A stretch of 64,000 nt of DNA from Amphiscolops sp. MND2022 (taxonomy: Eukaryota). The stretch lies in contig OZ076421.1 in assembly GCA_964187785.1 (NCBI GenBank), forward strand, positions 47,306,001 through 47,370,000, read 5' to 3'. Of the stretch, positions 50,101 through 60,188 are shown in pieces. The notes below the pieces were generated by a model that was not told where the DNA came from, did not search any database, and worked only from the letters and a program-made list of their open reading frames with translations. Made by a program: the position numbers and the translations under genes. Position 1 is the stretch's first letter. Each line of letters begins with the position of its first letter.

Positions 50101-52383
50101 AAACGAAAATAATACCCCCAGCACTGTGGAACGCATGTGACTATGTTATTCAGTTCAATTTTGCCATAGCGCACATCCCGGGGGCACAAAATACAGCTGC
50201 CGACTATTTGTCCCGATTGGAAGCAGATCCGAAGGACAAATTGGTGATGAAAATTCGCGAAGATGTACAAACACTACCAATTGAAATCAATGTCCAATCT
50301 GCAGGAGTGTCGCAAGAGGAACGCATCTTCTACACCAATGACGACGATGAGACAGAAGAACAGTTGTGGGCAAGAAAAGAAGCAATCAGGAAAAATCCAA
50401 TAACTGATGAGTCCACTGTTACTATACAAACTCTGTCAACAAATCTAGTCAAGCAACACCCCGATATACAAGCCCGATTGAGGAAGACGAACCAGATCAT
50501 TATCGAGCAATCCAAAGATGCAGTACTACAACAATTGAAAGCAAAACTGCTTCATGAGGATTATTCAGAAAATCTACTGCACCAGGATGCCCGATACAGA
50601 CATTACGCAAACAACCTGGAACGAATTGTACTTAAGGACGAAATCCTGACAAGGCAATACTTTGATGAAATAGGGAACGTTAAATACCATCAAATTCTGC
50701 TCCCGCAACATTTACTCCAGGAATTACTTCAGTCTCTTCATGGGACAGCACACAAACACCCTGGGATTTCAAAAATGCTGCAGGAAATTCGACAGAGGTA
50801 TTATTACCCTAGCATGGCTAAGTACGTCAAAAAGTGGGTAGAAGGGTGCGAACAATGTGCCAGAGACAAGAGAGTCCCTAACGCAACGATCACACCTGAG
50901 CTACTCAACTTGCCAGAATGGGACCTTGGACCTGAAGACGCCATGCAAATCGACCTATTGCCGAATCTTCCCCCAAGTGGAGGATACGAGAATGTCCTAA
51001 CAGCAATCGACGTATTTTCCAGATATTTGTTCGCATATCCTCTCACGGACTCATCAGCGATCAATGTAGCAAAAGCGATCATTGACATCATGACCAAACA
51101 TGCATATCTGCCAACAACTCTTATTACTGACAAAGGTACAGCATTTACTTCTACAATTATTGCGGAGGTTACGCAGATTTTGGGTATCACACTCAAATGT
51201 GCAACGACAAAACACCCACAAACAATTGGGAAATTAGAGCGGACCCATGCCTCATTAAAGACGAATCTCAAAATGGCATGCGGGGAATACCGCCGACAAT
51301 GGCATAAATACTTGCCATTAGCAGTACTTAATCATAATACTAGTTATCATACCAGCATCGGTTGTGAACCAACAAGGGTATTCCATGGCAGAATTTCCTA
51401 TAATATTCTGGATCACAAGCTTGGAAATAATCCAAACGAAAAAATCAACCCTACAACCGAATTTGCGGAAGAAATCCAAAATAGGACAAAAATCCTAATT
51501 GACAAAACGAAACAGAACATTATGCAGTCGTATATTAAGTACAAAAAATATTACGACCGCAAAGCAAAAGCCGCTCCACTAAAGGAGAACGAATACTGTT
51601 TTGTCTTACAGCCGAAAGCGGATAACCAAGGATCAAAAATCCCATTCCGCGATTACCGTTGGGTTGGACCATTTGTAGTCCAAAAAGTTTTGCCAAATGA
51701 AAACTATATAGTACGACGGATCAATACGAACAAAACCCAAATTTTGCATCGCATTCGTCTTAAGAAGTTTGTCCCAAATCAACCGCTTGAGGATAATTTC
51801 CGAGAACAACAGTTGCAGCCAGATGAAGAAATTGTCATTCCGCAAGATGATTTATACGTCATAACGTGGGAAACAGACTTTGGCGAGCAACTAGTTACAC
51901 GAGGCAACGAGACTATTCCGACCAGCATGCCGAATGGCGAACAGCCGAATGCGCCCGAAGCGAATACAAATGACGTAGCCAAGAACGAAGCGGATTACAT
52001 AATCACGAGTGACGAAACAAGTTACGCTGACAACGTGGCGCGAAGCCGGAATGAAAGATTAAATCATGACGTCACAAAAAGGAATGAAGCTAGTGAAGCG
52101 GCTAGCAATGACAAATCTGATTGGCCGAATCCGGCCGTTTCCCCAAAAAATCAAGAAAAAACTTTGCCGAATATGGATGAAAGACCAAAAAATGATGAAA
52201 CTCCCTCAGAAAGAAGTTTGACGAATGAAAACGACGCACAAAATTCTCCAAAAGGGGGATGATATTATCGTGCCCGAAATATCTGAAAGCGATGCTAGAA
52301 ATGAGAGTCTGAGCCCTAGAGGAGGGAAATATAACCTCAGACCTAACCCTAACCCAAACTACTCAGAAGACTTTAGATACTAA
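47178..52383 (+). CDS. pol: Element B pol (PR-RT-RNase H-IN), open for ~1690 codons; C-terminal tail frameshifted near 52255
   Basis: LIDTGA, YVDD, MTDAS, HKHPG..CEQC, IDVFS/TDKG/KLER. An alternative frame after 52255 gives ...GKYNLRPNPNPNYSEDFRY* ending at 52383. Confidence 0.95.
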
Positions 52384-52482
52384 GAACTGAATTTTCCCGG
52401 GAATGGGAATTCTTTTCTTTTATCTCTGTGTTTTTTTCAAGCCCCTCTGAGAACTTCCTTTTTGAATAAATACTGGGGCATT

Positions 52483-55400
52483 TCAAAGGATCCCACACAA
52501 AAGGAATAAATAAGGGATCAAGACAACAAAATTGAAAGAAACAAAACAGAAATCAACAAAGTTTACAGTTTGTAGGTACATAAATACATATGTACAATTA
52601 ATCCTTAGAATCCCAGCAGGAGAGTCTTCTACGACAGAAGAGGCCCTTGACCTCGAATTGCTCTTCTCCATCCGTCTTCGCTTGCGATCACTAGGGGGTA
52701 CTACAGCAGGTGCCTCTCCAAAGGTAGAGGTTTCGTTCCCATCAGGGTCTCCAACTTCTTCCCCCAGTCCGGAAAGTGCAGAACGATATGTCGTCAATAA
52801 GGTCTTGTAGATCTTCCCCTTGCCAAACTCATCAATGAACGTCCAGGGGTCATAGGAGGAGGATAAGGCTGACCGACCGAATGAGGCGGAAAGAAGGGAG
52901 AATTCACTCAGATTGGACTCATTACTACAGAAAGCAACAGAGTCAGGAACTCCAGACAGGTAACTCTGCACGGGTAAAACCACGTCAGTAAGCCTACTCT
53001 GATAGTTTGAAGTGCTGAGAGACCCCACAGTTACTACGGGATAACGAGGACTGTTAGAAGTAACACACAGGCAGCTCAATTTGAATAGGTACAACAAGTG
53101 ACTGTGCTCCTGCATAAAGTCAAGGTTGATGAGGAAGTCAATCAGATCCGGAGAACCCCGAGTGACATCAAAGGAAGGTAGAACGGAGGCACGAAGTTGA
53201 TCTAGCAACTCCACGTACTCGTCTCGACAGGCAGACTCGTTTGCAGAGCTAACCCAAGATCGAAGCTGGAAGGTACGGTACAAGAGATCAAAATGGCGGA
53301 GAGCTACTTCGGTAGGCCTATGCACCATAATATGAGGGTCAAAGGCAGCAAGCCCCCTGACGAGGTTAGAGCAAAGGCCGGCTTGTCGAAGGACTGTTCC
53401 AATCAGATACTGCAGGTAGGATTGAGTGTCCCGGACGAAATCATTTTTGATGGTAGTGGCGGTCTTCTGAACAGCAGCCCTGTCAATCTTCTTGCCTGAA
53501 TGCACCCCTTCCGCTTTCTGCTTGCAAGACTTGGCAACTTTATTAGTCATCTTTAGCCGGGTCAGGAACTCGTCCGCTGGCATGAAGGTTCCCTCGCTGG
53601 TCTGGAAGTTCAAGAGAAGGAACCACGAATTTTCTAGAGGAATAGTGTCGGGGGAATAACAGCGGAAGCAGAGCCGGTAAATGTAGCGGGCTATTTCTCC
53701 ACAAAGGTAGAAGGACGAGTCTCGTCTACATTGAAGATTGTTTACGAAACTGGAGTTGTCTAAAAACAAAGGAACAATCCTCACTAGTCTCAGCAAGACA
53801 AATCAGTCCACCTTGTTATACTAACAATCGCTGACGAGATGGTAGAAGAGTTCCAGCTTGACAAGGAAAAACTCGTCACAGATGAGCGGCCACTCAAAAC
53901 TCTGGACCTAGAACATAACAGGAAACAATAGCAAGCCTGTGTCATTCCTACCTAAAGAATTTGGAACAAGGTCCAGGTAGGGCCACTTACCCTCGTTCTG
54001 ACTCCTTGGCCTTGCTGTTTGGGGGCATGCAGTGTGAGGTAGGCAACTACGAATTTCCACTCTTCCATGAGCTCCTGACACAGAATTGGCAAAGTGGAGA
54101 GCTCCAAGTCACTTTTAGAGATAGCCTAAGGAAAAATTCAGAATCATTGTAAGGCCCAGGCTAACGTCCCAAACTAACCAGAAGTGCGCCTAACATTGAA
54201 ACCCTAATAATTGCTAACCTTGGCTAACACAGGACTGCGTTGCACCCAATCTTCTTGAGAAGATCCACCCAAAGAGATGACCAGACCTCGTAACACTGAG
54301 AAGAAGTCCAGATGCCCGAAAACACTGTAACTGCTTCTATGCATCAATCTAGGTAAATTCAACTGGCTGAATCAGAAGCAACTTTGGACAGCACGGGAAG
54401 AGGTCGGGAGTTCATCTAGTGTTCGGATCAATTCAGAAGGGCATCCGGAACAGGCCACAATATCCGCCTTCGTTGAGACCACCGAGAGCAGGCGGGCCAA
54501 GGAACCTAACTCGCCAGTGAGATCCGTGCTGGGCAACCCACTGCGACTGATGACGACCCTGCACAAGTGTTGACCCTTCCAGTACCTGAGCGACATGAAG
54601 CGGCTAGCTCCTTCATCCTCAAATTCCAGAGCGAAGAACTGCGAGGAAGAAATGTGGTCTGCGATGTCACGCATACTGCAATTGAAGAGATGCTGGAATA
54701 TGGCCTGGAAAGGAGAATGAGTTGAGAACCTAAATAAATTCGGATGGGGAAGTTTGTAAGTGAAGCGAAAAGATAGTACTTACGGTCACTCTCTCTTCCC
54801 CCCAGTCAAAGTCACAAAGGGCTGCCTGGTGATCGGTGAACGAGCTGATCTTCGCCCACATGTTGCGGAGGATTGCAATGTCACCGTGATGCTGGATAAA
54901 ATCGGCAACCATGCACAGCTGAGTTCGTGCGCGAGACTCCGGAGTGACCAGAGGAGTCGTCCGGCCTCGGATGAAATCCTCATAGAAGGGGAAGCGCTCC
55001 CCGATATCCACCAATTCAGCGTGTATGAACTTGGGAAGCTCCTTAGCCAATTCCAATTTAGTCAAGATTTTCCCGTTTTTGCCCCGCACACGATGTTGGG
55101 TTTTCAGGGTGACGGGATCGGTGCTCTTCAAGTGCTCGTACCGCCACCGCTGATCACGTCTAAGGTGCCTCTCGGTACGATGGTGTCTGAGGATCTCCAT
55201 TGTCCCTTTGGTGCGTATGGAAAAATTCTTTTTGCAGATATGGCACCAAACCATATAAGGGTTGTGTAGTGGATCTGCGGGTCCGGAAATGAATGAACGC
55301 GTCCACCCGATCTTGGCGAAAAATTCTTCCCTCATTGGGACTCCGCGTTGTGGTACCCTCTTAGGCTTGCTAGCCTTCCTACTCCGCTGCTTACCTTTGG

Positions 55401-56733
55401 TCCCCAGAGTCTGGTCTCTCACCTCAGACAACGTCGCGTCTTGACTGCTGAAGTCAGTTTCCTGGCTGTCGGCTTGGATTAGCCCACCGGGTGCTGGCAA
55501 AGATGTAGCCTTGACGGCTGACCGATTGTTGGAAGCCTCGAATGTGCCAGAGATCAAAGCCATTTCCCCGGCACTATCACTCTCTCCGAACGTGGAGGAG
55601 TCGCCTAACCCACCAAGATCGGTGGCACTCTGATCCTCTGAATCAACGATGGGCAGTTGGCCGGATTCGGCATCACTGGAATCACTGCTAGCGTACCGGT
55701 AAGGAGTTTGTGCGCGCGCCCCCAGTTGGAAATGCCCGGTTCTTGATGGTGCGACCGTTGGGCTACAACGAACAGCGTCTAGGATCATGCGCTCAATGGT
55801 TGTGAAGGACATGCGGAGAGTCTCATCGCTTAGAACGCGCAGCAAATGATACACCTGTGGCTCGGAGAAAGTCACGGTTGTCTGTCCGGGTGGCAACCTG
55901 AAGGCATTAGTCTCGTCAAAATATGTCTTCAGAATGGCTCTTGCTCTCCCAGAAAGTTCTGGAAGCTGGTCTCTGGTCCCCCTAGAAGTTGAAGGTTCGG
56001 GCTCTAATTGTTCCTGAGCCGTGATTGTCAGGTCGGGCGGATCTATTGTCTCTGCTCCGGATTCGGACACATTCGGAATTCCTCCATATAACGAAGGGCA
56101 GGTTGCATTGCTTGACTCTTCTGCAGTTTTCTCGGCTTCACTGAGGTCTGTCAAAAACCGGACCTTATGCTCCTGTGTTGGGAGGGCAGGGACTTCATAC
56201 ACGGAAGATTCGCAATCATCATCAGTTGTTGATACGGCAGAAATTGGGACAATAGCCTTAGTCAGCGTCGTGGTGAGGAGTTCAGGCAATTGGGATCCTA
56301 TAGGATCAGCGACTCTCAGTCCCGACTCTAAGGCAGTTAGACTAGCTTGAGAAGTCCCAGCTGTTTCAAGGGGGATTGGAGTGCTTGCACGGATAGGGAA
56401 CATAGGCTGCGTCTCCAGTTGGCTGGAACGAATCTCCGTACGAGATAATTCAGTATTCTTGGCACTCACACCTGGCTCTTCCTGTATTTGGAGTATCCCA
56501 GTCTCTATGCTTGAGGCTTTGGCTTCCGCATACGCATTCACATCCTCGTCGCTATCTGTATTCTGGGGAGAAATCTGAGGATGGGTGACATTCCTGGAAG
56601 CATTTGTAGCGTCTTCAGTGGAAGCTGACAGAGACAGTTCAGAAGGATTTGGAGAAATTTCGGTCTCAGGAGTTTGATTATCTAAATAGAAAGAAATGAA
56701 AGTCGGCGGTATGCTTCCTTGAAAAGAATCCAT
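52483..56733 (-). pseudogene. Spliced antisense accessory gene of element B (homolog of the A gene), ~1300 aa, one internal TGA
   Basis: Exons 56733-54784, 54704-54219, 54125-53991, 53907-53826, 53759-52483. Introns of 79, 93, 83 and 66 bp, all GT-AG and frame-preserving. Premature TGA at 54374-54372. Finger WCHICKKNFSIRTKGTMEILRHHRTERH. True C-terminus uncertain. Confidence 0.85.
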
Positions 56734-57780
56734 TTTACCGCGTTAGAAATCTTCCGGAAGTGTTCGAAAACTTGAATGAAACGTGTTATCACACGTTTAC
56801 TCGTGGAAATAGGAAGCAGTATTTGAACAAAGTATAGCCTTGATCAAGCTAATCTAGTTCACTAATTAGGAAGAAATCAAACCAACCTGGATCTGAAGAC
56901 ATGTTCTTTTGGACTGTTGACTTGTGGGAAGTCCTAGGCGAATAGCTAGAGATTGCAGTTTTTAGCCGGTCTCGGCAATGAGGGTGTCCCGGGATACTGC
57001 AGAGAGGAGAATCAACAGCTGACTGAGGACAAAAGGGAGACGAGTATCAGCTGAGTGAGCCCAAGTAAAGGTAGTGGAACAAATAAATAATAAACGGAAT
57101 TGAACTGGAATTTTATTGTGAATAAATTGGAGAATTGGAGGTCGTGGCTGAAGAAGATTACCGGACTAATATTATACAATTATCTACATATTTAAGTTGT
57201 GCATGGAGTCTGCCAGCGAAATGTACAGGAAGCATACACTATTTACAGCTTAGTTAGTTAGTGGCCGATTATGGCCGTTTGCCCTATTCCATTTTACCGT
57301 TTCGTCCAATTGCCTTAGTTACCTCTAGTTAGAATTTTCGCCATTTTGGGGTTATTTAGCTTTTTTATTTCCGCCATTTTATTATTCAATTTTCAATTTA
57401 TCGAAACTCGATTCTCATTGGCTGAAGCCATTTTGAGAAAACTTTGCGACGCATGCTGTTAATTGTTTTCAAGCGACCTGTTAATTACCCACTTGAAACG
57501 GGCGAAGTTAATATTTACAACTCGAGCGTCATTTACACCTCTCATAGTGACGGTATTAATGAAGGGTAAACATTGAATTATCAAAGGATGCCGACTAATT
57601 GTGGAATTCCATTCAGGAATGTTTATGTCGGATTACGACGATTTACCGAAGATTCAACCGCCAAAACGGGCTACCGGGAAGAGGCCCGACTCGACCAAAT
57701 TCTTGAATTGGTAACTTCATTCCACTTTGAAATCCTGATCAAGTCAGTTTACCTTTCCACCTAACAAAATTGCTAAGAAA

Positions 57781-58580
57781 TTGATAATGCAAAGATACAA
57801 CTTGACCAAAAAACTCTTCGACTTTGAAGAAGACTCAGAAAGCTCAGCTAACTCAGTGATCTACATATCCAGTGATAGCGAAGATGAAGTCTCGAGTTCC
57901 TGGGATTCGGACTGGTCTACAGATACAGAGGCAATAATAGACAGAATTGAGCGGGAAGTCAAGGCAACTCCAATCCCGATTGCCGGACGAGTGATGACGA
58001 CGGAAGGCTCAAACGACGGAATGGTAGCGGGGCCCAGCAATGCTCAGCCTGTTCCGCCCTCTACCCCCAAACTGGGATTTGAATACTTCAACAAAGAAAT
58101 GTGCCTCGCGCCGTCCAAAAGGCAGAAGAAATCAAGAATAGAACTTTGCACTACGGTACTACCTGTCTTGGAGTCACCTCTGTCCCCTCCTGAGCACGAG
58201 AGACCTAATATTGACCTAATATTGACACCCCTTTGGTGCAGATGACCCCAGGGATCTTCTATGCTTCTTACCATGTGCAGAAAATTAAGCCATACCAAAA
58301 TGTCAGTGAGAGCCTACACACGGGCTGTATGGTGTGTGGCAAGTCAAGGGACCAGATAAAAGAAGAGAAAATTAACCGGTATATGGAGAGATCAACGCCC
58401 GAAAGTGAACCCGCCTACATTACCGCGTTACGACGAGAAGCATACTCTAATGGATTAAATGCAGGTTGCTTACTCTTCCTAACACCCGCAGTGTCGCAGG
58501 CTGCCGCCTGTGACGGCACTAGAATCACGACTTTGGCAGAAGGGCAAGAGATAGCGACCGGCACCCTTCCAATCTATTAG
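57781..58580 (+). pseudogene. ORF-X: ~260-aa sense ORF running into the 3' LTR, split by an 11-bp tandem duplication
   Basis: GACCTAATATT is duplicated at 58202-58223; removing one copy fuses 57781-58245 and 58233-58580 (ERPNIDTPLVQMTPG). Contains CMVCGK and VSQAAACDG. Confidence 0.8.
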
Positions 58581-60188
58581 AGAGGTAAAAACGCTCAAAA
58601 CTCAAACTCCTATGTCATTTTGTCTAGTTTTGTAAGTCGGATTTATTACTGTTGCTAGTTTTTTCAACTACTGTACGCCTTTTACTAGTATTAGTCCGTT
58701 AATGCCAACAACTGAAAGATTCAAATGATGAGCTGATGTTTGTAAGGCTTGAAGTGCAGTACAATAATATAATTGAAGCAAACACGGCTAAATAGCGTAA
58801 AGGAAACGAGTTCAAGTGAACGCAACTCTGATTCCGAAGACGTCACTTGAGCTCACTTCGTTAGCCAATCACATTTATCCATCCTCGTGCCGGTTAAGGC
58901 CATCCGACAGAACTCTGCTTTTATTTATCGGTGCTTTAGTTAAACGGCCGATCCCGGCCACGAAGCAGTAATGAAAGAAGTACATCGTAATACCTTCGAG
59001 TGCTGATTGATAATGTAATATTGTGCTTTAACACTGGTTGAACGTTCAATTTAGTAATTAGTGCTCTGTTTGATACTTGGCCGAATAAGGCCAATTGCTT
59101 GATTATTGTTTCGCATTGCCAGAACCAACCGGATAATAGCCGGTTAGGGCTCCTACCTAGATTAATAATCGGATGTTTTGTTTGATGAGTTCATGTACTT
59201 TAAATGTAATGTGTGCTTGTAATCGCGTTATAAACAATCATGTAGTTCTCTAAACTAATTGGTGCAATAGACGTTGACCTATGATGTTACTGCATGCGCC
59301 GGTCTGAAGGACCTTTCTGGCCACTTTCACCAGCTAGCCTGTGCAATCTGTAGTAATATTTTATAGAAATAAACATGTACAATAGAATGTAATAATGTTG
59401 ACTTATAGTCAGTCCTGCCTGGTAACGAGGCACGTGCCGACACGAGATTGTTAGCATTCTTTGAATATAAGCGGACTCTGCATTTATATGATGTTCTTTG
59501 ATGCCCTACGTGCCATTCAAATGTTTATTAGTGTGGTCAAAGTAGGAATTTGAATGGTCATGTGACTGTTCCGATCACATTTCTGCGGTACTTTGATGTT
59601 TGTGAAGTTATGAAAATCAGGTGCTCTCGGAATGTGGTCATCACATTTTTTAGTATTCGAACTATGTATGTCATGCCCGAGGCAGTATATATAGGTGCTA
59701 CTTCCTTGGTCAGACACACTTCAATGATACAAGGAGAGACGAAAGTCTCGATGGAACTTCCATTAGAAGGCAGGAAAGTATTATAAGTAATAACTTGGAA
59801 AATGAGGAAATGGATCTCCATTCTGACCACAGAAATCTTGGAGTCGGGACTAGTACCGGGTATGACCGAAATTCAGCAAGTGTAGACTCTCAAGCTGAGA
59901 TCAATAAGTTGTCGAGTGAGTTGAACTCTAGGATATCTAGAGAAATGGATGTAATGATGGACAGTGTTAGTTCTCAGATTCAAAGAGCCATAAGTGACGC
60001 CATAAGTAATAAGATTTTGCCCCAGATTCAAAACGTCATTATGGCCGGTTCAGGACAGGAGACTAGAAGGGGATGGGAGAGACCTGGCGAGAGACCGGAA
60101 AGTTATTCCGAAGTTCAGTACAACGCGAAAACTAGAACTACTCTCAATAATGAACACGGTGATAAAACAAACCGTAATGTTCATGACA
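58492..60188 (+). repeat. Element B 3' LTR (1697 bp; 26-bp and 209-bp deletions)
   Basis: Matches the 5' LTR except for a 26-bp deletion near 44522 and loss of 45378-45586. Confidence 0.96.

Larger units (their letters stand above)
44128..60188 (+). mobile_element. Giant Gypsy LTR retrotransposon B (16.1 kb), complete
   Basis: LTRs 44128-46056 and 58492-60188; TGTC...GACA ends; 5-bp TSD CGCCT (44123-44127 and 60189-60193); PR-RT-RH-IN order. Confidence 0.97.

Noticed and set aside
47549-51271. Numerous 60-170 aa ORFs antisense to pol (also within A and BEL), and plus-strand ORFs 37250-37756 and 54760-55269
   Set aside because: Shadow frames of long coding regions, with no motifs or splice support.
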